Made by a program: the position numbers and the translations under genes. A stretch of 62,957 bases of DNA, the filler included, from Olpidium bornovanus S191 (Eukaryota; Fungi; Olpidiomycota), in assembly GCA_017911155.1 (NCBI GenBank). It is 30 parts of 30 records of this genome, joined end to end, with 100 filler letters (N's around TTAATTAATTAA, not from the genome) between each part and the next. Parts side by side here need not be neighbours in the genome. Positions count along the whole stretch, not along the records: positions 49,731 to 52,728 come from JAEFCI010005850.1; positions 52,829 to 56,540 come from JAEFCI010001667.1; positions 56,641 to 57,645 come from JAEFCI010003706.1; positions 57,746 to 60,116 come from JAEFCI010007352.1; positions 60,217 to 62,957 come from JAEFCI010011080.1; 25 more parts are not named here. The stretch is one strand, 5' to 3'. The notes under the pieces were generated by a model. The model saw nothing but the letters and a program-made list of their open reading frames with translations, had not been told where the DNA came from and made no database searches. Positions 49,831 to 61,029 of the stretch are shown in pieces; the stretch's first letter is position 1, and the number at the start of each line of letters is the position of its first letter.

Positions 49831-52455
49831 GGCGTGTACCAAGACGGGATCGCAAAGAACTCGGTCAACGGAAAACAGGTCACCGCCCACATCTACGAGT
49901 TTACCACACAGGTCTCGGTGGACCCTGACCTGACCATCGTCGGCGCAGAAGCGGGCGTTGTGCCCGTGCAGATCCTCTTCTGCCTTAAGGAACAGAACAA
50001 GAAGAAGCTGAACTCCCACCGCTGGTTTTTTAATTCGTTCGCCCCGATACTGAACCCGAACGTCTGCATCCTCCTCGACGTCGGCACGAAGCCCAGCGGG
50101 ACGAGCATATACCACCTGTGGAAGGCTTTTGACCGGAACCGCAACATTGCCGGAGCCTGCGGAGAGGTGCGGCGCCAGACGAACGATCGCGGCGGTTGGC
50201 ACGCTGGCCGTCGCGGGGTTTAACGGCGGCGCGGCCCCCGTGCGGGCGGCGAAACCCCCCCCCCCTCCTCTTCCTCCCGATTTTTCAGATATGCGCTATG
50301 CTGGGATCCAAGAAGGAGAACCTCCTTAATCCCCTGGTCGCCACGCAGAATTTTGAGTACAAGATGTCCAACATCCTCGACAAGCCGCTCGAGTCCCTCT
50401 TCGGTTTCATCTCGGTGCTTCCGGGCGCTTTTTCCGCGTACCGCTACAAGGCTCTCAAGGACTCCAAGCCCGGGGTCGGCCCGCTGTCGTCGTACTTCAA
50501 GGGAGAGGCGCTCCACGGCGCCGAATCGTCGGGAATATTCGAGGCGAACATGTACCTGGCGGAGGACCGCATCCTCTGTTTCGAGCTGTTCGCCAAGCCC
50601 AAGTGCAGCTGGACCCTGCACTACGTCAAAAGCGCCAAAGCCGAAACGGACGTCCCGGACAACCTTCCCGAGCTTATCTCCCAGCGGAGGCGATGGCTCA
50701 ACGGCAGCTTCTTCGCCGCGGTGTTTGCGGTCACTCATTTCAACCAGGTCATCGCAGCGAGTTACCCCTTCTCGTGCGCTTGGGACGCGTCGGCACGCGT
50801 GAGACTTCGCGGCTTACCAAACGGTCCGGAACGACCCCGCCTTGCCCACGCGGGTTGCCCTTTCTCAAAAACCGCCGGCGCAGATTTGGAGCACGCAGCA
50901 CAGCATTTTCCGCAAGGTCGCGTTTCTGATCGAAAACGTCTACATGTCCGTCAACCTGTATTTCTCGTGGTTCGCTCTGGTAAGGGGGGCTTCGGTTTCC
51001 TCGCTCTTCGGAAAACCGTCCGGTCGGTTTCGGATTGACACGCCGTCTATGACTCTTGCAGGGCAATTTCTATATCACGTTCTGTACGTAGGCCCCAGCC
51101 GGCGCTTTCGCGTCTGGCGGGCAGCCCCCTTCCCAACCCCGTTGCCCCCCCGCTGCGAAATGCTCCGTTGACGCGCGCTTCCCGCGGCGGCCGCGTTTTT
51201 TTTTTTTTAAAAAAAAAAGTCTACCTCGGCCGAGCATTCTCGCAACTCCTCTTCGAACAAAATCCGGAGGACTCCCTCCTCGCGACGTTCAGCGGGACCA
51301 TCTTCACCTTTTTCCAGAGGGTATACTACATGACGATCGTCGTCATCGTCATCTGCTCTATGGGCAACCGTCCTCAGGGGTCCACGGGCTTTTACAAGTT
51401 CACGACGATCCTGTTCGGCGTGCTGATGTCGTACATGCTGTTGTCGACGGGGTTCCTGACGTACTACTCGGTCAAGCAGTCGCTGGAGGCGAACCAAGTC
51501 TCGCGGCTGGACCTGGACTCGGCGTTCCGGCTGGCGCACGACAGCAACTTCATGAACGTCGCCATCTCGCTGATCTCGACGTGGGGCCTGTACCTGGCCG
51601 CCTCTCTCATCCACGCCGAGCCGTGGCACATGTTCCACTCGTTCGCGCAGTACCTGCTGGTCCTGCCGGCATACATCAACATCCTCAACATCTACGCGTT
51701 CTGCAACGTCCATGACGTGTCGTGGGGCACAAAGGGCGACAACACGGCCGCCACCGACCTCGGCGCCGTCACCGTCATGGCCGGCGCGGGCGGCGCTCAG
51801 GTCGCGGACGTGACGATGCCGACGGAGCAGGTCGACATCAACTGGTGAGCGGGTCGGGCCGCCTGCTGCCGGTTCCCATTCACCCCGCTGTTGTTTTTAT
51901 TTTTTTTGGGGGGGGGAGGAAGTGGACCGGCCGTAGTCCCCGAATAACCGACCGACACCCCGCTCAGGAACTACGAGCAGGCGCTTCTCCGGCTCAAGAC
52001 GCCCGCGGAGGAGGAGGTCAAGTCGCGAGACGCCAAGACCAAAAAGGACGACTACTACCGCGGCTTCCGCACCCGGCTGGTGCTGGCGTGGATGCTCTCG
52101 AACGGGGCGCTGGTGAACCTGCTGACTTCCGACGCGTACGTCGAGTGGATGTCGCGCGGGACGACCTCCTTCAACCCTTACCTCAGCTTCCTGTTCTGGG
52201 TCGTCGCCGCGCTGGCCGCCCTCCGCTTCGTCGGCTCGGCGTTCTACCTGGTCGTCCGGTTGTTCTTCGTGAGTGCCGCCATTTTTTCGCCGTGTGTGTG
52301 TGTGTGTGTGTGCGCGGGGCGGCCAGGTTTGGTCGCCTTGACGACGATCGGAGGAGAGAGCCGGGGTTTTCGGCGGTGGTTGGGTTTCGCCGGCAGGGGT
52401 CGATTGATCCATAAGAACGTTTTTTTTTTCTTTGTCGCTCGAACCGCAGGGATAA
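49831..52455 (+). CDS. Chitin synthase, division 1 (class I-III type), 5' truncated
   Basis: [82 protein letters not shown]; probable last coding exon GGATAA at 52450-52455. Confidence 0.98.
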
Positions 52456-52897
52456 AAGAAAATGAAAAAAACACGCGGCGTTCCCCGCCCCCACTCTCCC
52501 CTCAACCGCCACTTCCCCGCCGCGCGCGTTTGTTTTTTCTTCTGCCGCAGTTTTTTTTGTTCTCAACGCCGGATGTTTATTTGAAACGGGTGGGGGTGTG
52601 GGTTTGCCCCCCGCAAACACCAGAACCGAAAAGCCTCCCCGTGAATTGGCCCTGGTTTCATTTAACAGCTCCCCCCTCCCCTCCCAACCACCCGCCCCCT
52701 CCCAACCACCCGCCCCCTTCCCCCCCCCNNNNNNNNNNNNNNNNNNNNNNNNNNNNNNNNNNNNNNNNNNNNTTAATTAATTAANNNNNNNNNNNNNNNN
52801 NNNNNNNNNNNNNNNNNNNNNNNNNNNNAAAAAGCAGGGCCCCCCCTGAAATGGTTTTCTTCCCCCCGGGGGGATGCCCCCGGGGGGGCCCCCCGCG

Positions 52898-52934
<37 letters not shown>

Positions 52935-52935
52935 C

Positions 52936-53790
52936 GTGCGGTTTCCGTACGTGCTCGGAAGCTTTACTTTTGTTCCGCCCCTGGCGCTTACGCTGCGCTC
53001 ATCTACACTGCATCTTCTGCCACGGACATTACCCCGCTCGGCCTATTCTGTGGAGCGAACCTTGGACGCCCCAGCACAGACAGAGGCGCAGCCCACCGAA
53101 CCGCACAATAGTAATCCGATAAATCATAAACTGAGTGCTCTGGTAGTAATACTATAATATAGTAATTATATAAATAATAATATCTTATTAATGCATATAG
53201 TCGCCAATGGAAGTAGACGCGGAGTTGCGTGAGGTAACGAGGAAGGACGGGTTTCTGTTCTCGACGATGACGCTGCGCCAGGCGTTGGAGGTCGCCAAGG
53301 CCGTCAAGGCCGAAATACCTCTATGCGGACAAGGCGCAGTCGATGAGATTTGAAGCATATGTTGTACGAGTGCGGCGGCCCTTGGCCGCCAGGTCCAAAA
53401 ACTCGGCATTCGGGATTGCGTTCGGCAGAAGAAGGTAAATTCCGGGATAAAAGCGCCACCTTTTATGCTATATTGAGGAGTTAAGTGGTTTTTTATAATT
53501 GACGTTCTAGGTCGACTTAGACTGGGTCAATGGGAAAACATTGCCCAAAGAGACGGCGAACTCGGCGGTTTTTGGCGCAATCGTCGGTGCCATTTATCAC
53601 GAGAGGTTAAATTGCCTGTGGCACCTGGTTGCATTTGCTTCTTATACCAATCTTAACTCCCAGTTCTGTCACAGGGAGCTGCCGCTGCAAAAAAATTTTG
53701 GAAGAAGTCTTTCTTCAAGGCCAATTTGGCGCGACCCATGAAGCAACATCTTGATTTGTCCGCAGTGGATGCGTCTGCGCTGTAGATCAG
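52936..53790 (+). CDS. RNase III-fold protein, probably mitoribosomal (mL57/mL44-like); gene model disrupted
   Basis: LGRQVQKLGIRDCVR and VFGAIVGAIYHER-GAAAAKKF fit the degenerate RNase III helix. There is an in-frame TGA at 53351 and a probable T-run indel near 53697. Confidence 0.45.
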
Positions 53791-54691
53791 ACAGCTAGAA
53801 TGGGAGTGTGCCCCCAACGCGCCACGGAAAAATCAAGCTGCTAAAATATGTAACTAGAAGTTTCATTGGCCAAGCCTGAGATGCCTAGTAGTCGATGTAT
53901 ATTTGTGAGAATCGACTTTGCGAAGCGCACAGTTGCTCTGGCGCAAACGCCCGGCTCACAGCGCCGGGGCAAAGGACGGCGATGACTGGAGCACGCGATT
54001 CTGGAACGCACAGCATGGGGGAGAAACGAAAGCGGACGCGCAGGGTCCGTTGCGAACAGAAACGTGCCATTGCTGAGTGGGTGGCGGGGGGGAATTGTCG
54101 GAGGCGGAGAGGGAGGGGATGCGACCGTCGGTGCGACGCCATTGGGCAGCGGCGAAACCCGCAAGTTCATTACGAGACGGGAAGCAGAGTTGGAAGGAGG
54201 TCTTTTCTGCTGCAAGTTCCTGCTACGGAGCCGTCCAACCCGCCATCTGCTTCGGAGGACGTAGTTTCAGTTCCTGCCGCCCGGAACTGCGCCCTTTTCC
54301 CCTTCCTCCTCCCGCAACAAGGGCGCCCCCGCCCGTCCCCACCCCGCCCCCACACCAACTCTCCTCCCCTTTCCGCCACCCGACGTAAAGTCATAGACCA
54401 GCGCGCCGGCGGCTCCGAAAGGTTTCATCATCTCAGCAGGTGAGGACCGACCGAACCCTCGCACTAGCAAAGCCCGGTTCTCCGCCGCGGCAGCTCGCTG
54501 CCCTTTTTGCCTTCTCCCGGTAAGCCCTGCTTCGCCCGCTGAGTTATCCCCGCTCCCCCCTTTCAAACACGCGCAATGCCTGTCCGACTGTGGGCGGACC
54601 GAAGCTCCTCGGGTTCGCGCGGCGGGCTGCCGAGGACGGCGAAGCGTTCACCACCCGCTCAGGACGCAAAGGTGCCGCCACGTCCGCCGCA

Positions 54692-55719
54692 ATGTCCGGC
54701 CGCCTCTTCGCCGCCCCTCCGCTTCGTGCGCTCGGCCGCCAGGCGTGCGGCGCGCGGCCTGCCCTCCGCCACGCGCCCTCGGCCCCGAGGTGCGGGCTTC
54801 CCAGGACCGCCCCCGTCGCCGTCAGGCAAGCGCTTCTCCGCTCGGTAAGGCCGGTCGCCTTTTTCCAGACCGGTACGTTCGAGCGCTCCGCAAAAGCATT
54901 TCCACGGACACCGCGTTTCGGAACGTCCCCGTTGTGATCTGTTGTCACGCCGAGATCAACATGTGTCGCGTTTGCGAGAGCGCCGGGCGGGAGCCGGGGG
55001 CCGCTTGTGCCCACACGGAGAAAAGGACGGGGCGGATACGATTTGAAGAGAGGGACGTCGGTGTTTTCACGCGATCGGCAGGCCGCCGACACATGCGCCC
55101 ATTACGAATAAGGATTATCCCGCGTTGCGCGACAGAACCATCGCTGACCGCGTTTACTTCCTACACTCAGCACGGCCGAATGCAGCGAAGGACGCGGCAG
55201 TATCTGGTAATTTTTTTTTCCTATTCTTTTTTGTGTGAAAAAGCTTGCACTTTGCGGCGGTTGCTGTCTCCGGCAGCTCGGCGGTCACTGTGAAACGTGG
55301 CCGACAATGTTCGACTGTGTTCACCCTCGCCCGCCATCTGGACTTTCCGCCCCCAAGCCAATCCGGCGTACTCCGCACCCGAGACTGACATTAAGCCGGA
55401 CAAGCTAAACGGCTCGTACCACTGGGACTTTGAGCGCGCCCTTTCCGTAGCCCTCATCCCGCTGATCGGAACGAGCGCTGCCTACGGGGCCCACCCGACT
55501 ACGGATCTGCTGCTGGGCGTCGTCCTTCCGCTGCACTCGCACATCGGCTTCGACGCCTGCATCACCGACTACGTTGACGGCCGCAAGTTCCCCGTCCTCA
55601 ACAAAGTGTGCGTCTGGTCACTCCGCGCGGGTACCGTGCTCCTCCTGTACGGCTGTTACGAGTTCAACACGAATGACGTCGGCCTCACCGAAGGCTTGAA
55701 GAAGATCTGGAAGGCATAG
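54692..55719 (+). CDS. SDH4: Succinate dehydrogenase small membrane anchor subunit (CybS)
   Basis: Mitochondrial presequence exon 54692-54872, then GSYHWDFERALSVALIPL, LHSHIGFDACITDY and YEFNTNDVGLTE. Confidence 0.95.
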
Positions 55720-56360
55720 TGAGAAATCTTTCGGAGCGATCGAGTAGGTTGCGGGGCGGGAAGGATCCTATTTGTTTTGTATTGTACGGCAAAAAAAAAA
55801 ACAACGGCCGGGGCACGACACGTTCCCCCTGCCGCTGCGCGCTTGCGGCTGAAATATGTATTTTCCGCGCAGAATCATGTTTCTCAGTGGGCTTGCTCGT
55901 CCCCCGCGTGCGCGTCGGAAACAAACGCTTAGGCCAAATAAAGCCCAAACCCCTTTTGTGAGACTCTGCTACGTAGCCCACAAGCCTCCGGCGGCCGTAA
56001 CAGCTCAGACACGCAATACGCTCCGGGTTTGGATCAAACTGAAAATTGCCAACTGCTTCGCGTGCAAGCTTCGAGGATCTTCGCCTTGAACCTCCAACGC
56101 TTCCGGTGCTCCCGGAGGGGGGAGGGGGGGGGGGGGGGGGTGGCGACAGTCAGCATGCTGTTAAATTTTTATTCAGTTTTTTTCGGGAGTCGGGGATTGC
56201 AGTGCTGTAGAACGTGGCATGGGATTGCTACGGGCACGAATTCCAAAAGGAAGCAGCGCACGTGAGGTGGAAGGCGTCGCCGCACCGCCCGCTGCAGGTG
56301 CGCGCCGCCTGGATCCAGGCGGGGCAAGGCAGGGAAAAGAAAAACTGGCGGAAAGATGAT

Positions 56361-56394
<34 letters not shown>

Positions 56395-56480
56395 ACCCCG
56401 CGGGGGGGTTCCGGGTTTTTTTTTTTTTCCCTTTTTTTTTTTTCCGTGAGGGCGTGTCCGATACTGAACCGCGCCCTTTT

Positions 56481-56534
<54 letters not shown>

Positions 56535-56640
56535 CTGGGTNNNNNNNNNNNNNNNNNNNNNNNNNNNNNNNNNNNNNNNNNNNNTTAATTAATTAANNNN
56601 NNNNNNNNNNNNNNNNNNNNNNNNNNNNNNNNNNNNNNNN

Positions 56641-57645
56641 ACTGCAAATGGGCACCTTTCCCTCCGGCAGATGGCCTCAAAAACTTGCAGAGCCACCGGA
56701 TCCACGGCCGCAACGTACCGTTCCTGGCTTTCATTGCACCAAATCTCCATAGGACTCATGGACGAGTCATCTGACGGCACGTCCCGGATCTCAAACGTCG
56801 CACCGAGGCCCGAGTCGTGCACGAGCTCCGGAAGTGCATTGCTGATGCCCCCAGCGCCGACGTCGTGAACGCTCTGAATCGGGTTGTGTACGCCCAGAGC
56901 GACACAGGAGTCGATGACTTGCTGGGCCCGCCGTTGCATCTCCGGGTTGTCCCTCTGGACTGACGCGAAATCTAAGTCCGAAGACGACGCACCCGCTGCC
57001 ACGCTGGACGCCGCGCCGCCTCCCAGTCCGATCAACATCGATGGCCCACCCAGGACGACCAGCGCAGCTCCCGGCGTAATTTTCTTTTTAAGCATGTGCA
57101 TCTCTCGCACCGTGCCCATTCCGCCGGCTATCATGATCGGCTTGTGGTCCCCGCGAACCTCGTTGCCCACACGCTCCGCAAATGTGCGAAAGTAGCCGGT
57201 CAGGTTCGGCCGCCCGAACTCATTATTGAAAGCCGCGCCTCCCAGAGGGGCTTCGAGCATAATCTGCAACGGAGAGGCAATGTGGTCTGGCTTTCCAAAG
57301 TCAGCTTCCCATGGCCGCCTGTGGCCAGGTATCAAAAGATTGCTGACCGTAAAGCCGGTAAGGCCACTCTGGCGACATGCGCAAGGATCATCGAGACATG
57401 TCAATATAAACCAGCGTGCGCATACTCCACATTCAGCCGCTCCGCATCACACCTTTGGCTTGCTTCCTTGTCCAACGGATCCTTCGTCTCTGATTTCGCC
57501 CCCGCTGCCTGTGGCCGCTCCGGGAAACGGGGACACAGCTGTTGGATGATTGTGCGTTTCAACCTTGCATACGACGTGTGTCGCCTCGCGCTCGATGCAG
57601 TAATCAAACGGCTTCTGCGCTTGGGCGGCAAAGCGAATTCCATGG
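56641..57645 (-). CDS. ADE6: Phosphoribosylformylglycinamidine synthase, internal fragment
   Basis: [79 protein letters not shown]. Confidence 0.98.
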
Positions 57646-57790
57646 NNNNNNNNNNNNNNNNNNNNNNNNNNNNNNNNNNNNNNNNNNNNTTAATTAATTA
57701 ANNNNNNNNNNNNNNNNNNNNNNNNNNNNNNNNNNNNNNNNNNNNCATGTTATGTCACCGCTCTGGTGTGTCTCGAGAGCTGTCGTCAAA

Positions 57791-58255
57791 TACTATAAAC
57801 CTCCCGAGTTTCAAAATTTTCTGGTTCAATCTCACCTGCTGGTGTTACATCAGTGCAAGGCCTGGTATGAAGACTAAGTATTGCAGTAAGAAAACTTGAA
57901 TCGGTGGCGTTTTTGGGAACCTGTAATCAGATCTGGCTGATCCTTAGCTTGTTTGAAAGCGCTCATTGATTACTATAAGCCTGTTGAGTTTCACAATTTT
58001 CCGCTTTGGTCTCGCCAGCTGGCGGTAAGATCAGGGTTGGGGGTGGTGTGAAAACTAAGTATTGTGGTAAGAACACTTGAATCGGTGGCGTTCTCGGGAA
58101 CCATTCATCGGACCAGCGTGACCTTTGCCTTGTTTGAAAGCCCTTGGTGAGTACTATAAGCCTGCTGAGTTTCAAAACTTTCCAGTATTGTCTCACCTGC
58201 CGGGGGTAAGGTCCGAGTCGGGGGTGGTGTGAAAACGAAGTATTTTCCGTTTCCC
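57791..58255. repeat. Diverged tandem repeat, 180-181-bp period, about 2.6 copies (module B)
   Basis: TACTATAA anchors at 57791, 57971 and 58152; shared CTTGAATCGGTGGCGTT and TTGTTTGAAAG blocks. Confidence 0.92.
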
Positions 58256-58386
58256 GGTGGGGAGGGTGGGGTGGTGGTGGTGTGTAGGTGGTGGGCTGCT
58301 GCTCTCCGTCAGCACTCCCACCAAAAACCCGAAAATCCCAGGTCGGCAGAGCTGCGGGGATGGCCGCTATTAAAGCGGCGGCGGCG

Positions 58387-58477
58387 GCGAAAGCCGCGGT
58401 TGCGAAAGCCGCGGTTGCGAAAGCCGCGGTTGCGAAAGCCGCGGTTGGGAAAGCCGCGGTTTCGAAAGCCGCGGCTG
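58387..58477. repeat. 15-bp tandem array, about 6 copies of GCGAAAGCCGCGGTT
   Basis: Directly visible; reads AKAAV repeats on the + strand. Confidence 0.95.
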
Positions 58478-58807
58478 CGAGAAAGCGGCGGCGGCGAGAA
58501 AGCGGCGGCGAGAAAACGGCGGCGAGAAAACGGCGGCGGCGGCTAAAGCGGGCGGCGGCGGCGGCGAAAGCGGCTGCGGCGGTGCCGGTGGGGGGGGGGG
58601 CGAAAAACCCGCTGGAAGCAAAACGGAAGGCCTTCCCAAAAAGACATGTGACCGATTCAACACTTGAATCGGTGCCCCGGCCCAACCCCGGCACCTGCAC
58701 AGACCGGAGAACAGGTCAGGCAGGTGAGCAACTCCGCGAGAAACCGTCCAAAAAAAACGGCAGGGCTCCCCATCTGGTCTGGAGGCTGAGGGATGTCACT
58801 TTTTCTC

Positions 58808-59740
58808 CTTTTAGCGCGGTTTGAACATGGAGGCCGACTTTGAATCCACACCACCAGACACACAAATACTTACCCAAGCCGGTTCAAGGCTCGTTTGAAA
58901 GGCCTCGTCGAGGCCTTTAGAATGAGTCTAAAGCCACTTGGTTTAGGTCTTTCCCCGCCAAGCTGCAAGGGATGCAAGTCACGAAACGTATTAGCGCAGT
59001 GAATACCCGTGAAACCCCGCGGTCGAAGCATGGTGGTCGCCATGGTCGCCATGGTCGCCCGACCGCGCAAGGAGGAAAGGAGAAAGGAAGGTGCGGAGGG
59101 CGTTGCGGGGGAGGGGGGGAGGGGGGGGGGCTGGAGGCTGGCCGACGCCATCCATGGTTACGATTTCTCCATTAGCACTGTTTGAACTGGAGGCTGACTT
59201 CGAAACCACACCGCGGGACACAGGTACCTACCCAAGCTGGTTCAAGGCTCGGTCGAAAGGCCTCGTCGAGGCCTTTGAATGAGTCTAAAACCACTTGGTT
59301 TAGGTCTTTCCCCGTCAAGCTGCAAGGGATGCAAGTCACGAAACGTGTTAGCGCCGTGAAAACCCGTGAAACCCCGCGGTCGCCATGGTCGCCATGGTCG
59401 CCCGACCGCGCAAGGAGGAAAGGAAGAAAGGAAGGTGCGGAGGGCGTTGCGGGGGAGCTGGAGGCTGGCCGACGTCATCCATGGTTACGGTTTCTCCATT
59501 AGCACTGTTTGAACATGGAGGCTGACTTCGAAACCACACGGCGGGACGCACAGGTACCTACCCAAGCTGGTTCAAGGCTCGTTTGAAAGGCCTCGTCAAG
59601 GCCTTTAGAATGAGTCTAAAACCATTTGGTTTAAATCTTTCCCCGTCAAGCTGCAAGGGATGCAAGTCACGAAACGTGTTGGCGCGGTGAAAACCGGTGA
59701 AACGGGGCACCGCTGTCGAAGCATGGTGGTCTCCCGCCAA
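58808..59740. repeat. Three highly similar 330-358-bp units (module A), each with a 21-bp palindrome
   Basis: The block CCAAGC..GTTCAAGGCTC...CTGCAAGGGATGCAAGTCACGAAACGT starts at 58874, 59232 and 59562. Confidence 0.95.
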
Positions 59741-59823
59741 GCGCCATCCGGTGTCCGCCCGTCACGCCACCTCCGGCCGCCCCGCTCCGGCTCCGCTCCT
59801 GCTCCGCAGTATGGACCTTACCA

Positions 59824-60116
59824 CGGACGCGACCGCCGGAGACGGACGCAACCGCCAAGGCCGGGAGACGGACGCGACCCGGGAACAGACGCAACCGCCA
59901 AGGCCGGGAGACGGACGCAACCGCCGGGGACGGACGCAACCTCCGGGGACGGACGCGACCGACGGGGACAGATGCAACCGCAGGGGACGGACGCAACCGC
60001 AGGGGACGGACGCGACCGCAGGGGACGGACGCGACCGCAGGGGACGGACGCGACCGCAGGGGACGGACGCGACCGCAGGGGACGGACGCGACCGCAGGGG
60101 ACGGACGCGACCGCAG
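59824..60116. repeat. 19-bp GC-rich minisatellite (GGGGACGGACGCGACCGCA), degenerate leftwards, running into the gap
   Basis: About six perfect units at the contig end plus diverged copies. Confidence 0.95.
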
Positions 60117-60216
60117 NNNNNNNNNNNNNNNNNNNNNNNNNNNNNNNNNNNNNNNNNNNNTTAATTAATTAANNNNNNNNNNNNNNNNNNNNNNNNNNNN
60201 NNNNNNNNNNNNNNNN

Positions 60217-60540
60217 CATGCAGAAGCTACTGGTACTGACGTACGGTACAAGTTATTACAGGAATAGAAGTATTTCAGCGTTTAAAGGATTGTACAATGT
60301 GCCAGCGGACACAACCGTAAATGACAAATACGTAACAACGAAGGATGTTGAAGGCGTTCAATAATATTCAGCTACTCTAATGCTCAAGTTGTTTCTGGGA
60401 TGAGGCTTAAACGAGGCACCACGGATTACATCTGGCAGGTGTGCGAGAATAATCCCAGATGCAAGAATCTTGGCGGATTCGTTTGCCAAACAAAGCAGAA
60501 CGAAAAGTTCCACCCAACGTTCAACACCTGCCCTCAAGTG
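60217..60540 (-). mobile_element. Possible decayed LINE reverse transcriptase fragment
   Basis: WVELFVLLCLANESAKILASGIILAHLPDVI weakly resembles the LINE RT WRPI.LL...YKILA...L...LP.+I region; stops follow. Confidence 0.35.
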
Positions 60541-61029
60541 AGAAACTGTTTACCACTCCTTGCGTGTGGCATCTGGTCGCTATTTAGAGTAGTGGGCAAG
60601 AACGAGTCCGGTATTTTGGGAAAAATGGAGAGCAGCAGGATAGGCTTCGACGTGGCCTGGAGTTGAGTCGAATGGCGCTTCTGGAACCGACTCAACCGCT
60701 GACGCTTCGAGGGTGACGTCCCTGGCACTGCAGGGGAAGCGCGGCCGTTGAGCTTCCAAATCTCAGCGTGGCATAGCAGGTCTCGCTGCCGACAGCGGAA
60801 CTTATAAGCCGAAAGTGACGGGCGTTCCTGTGTCCGGTCGTTCGTCTCTGCCTGCCCCGTCCTCTCTTTTCGATTCAGGGCAGGTTGGCGGAGAAGGAGG
60901 GGAGGGGGTTTTCTTCCTCTTTTTTTCCCCCTCGCTCCGTGCGAGGACGAACGCGTCGCCGAAACGAGGAGAAGAGCAAAAACAGAACGGGTGGCCGGAA
61001 ATTGGACGCAAACGCAGAGCCGGACAGGG

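Noticed and set aside
58874-59650. Module-A hairpins as a hammerhead ribozyme, rRNA fragment or Pol III SINE
   Set aside because: No CUGANGA...GAAA core in the right arrangement, the GCGGGGAAAGA match to LSU rRNA is too short, and there is no proper A/B box.
59824-60116. 19-bp array as a CRISPR array
   Set aside because: Units are head-to-tail with no spacers, and the host is eukaryotic.
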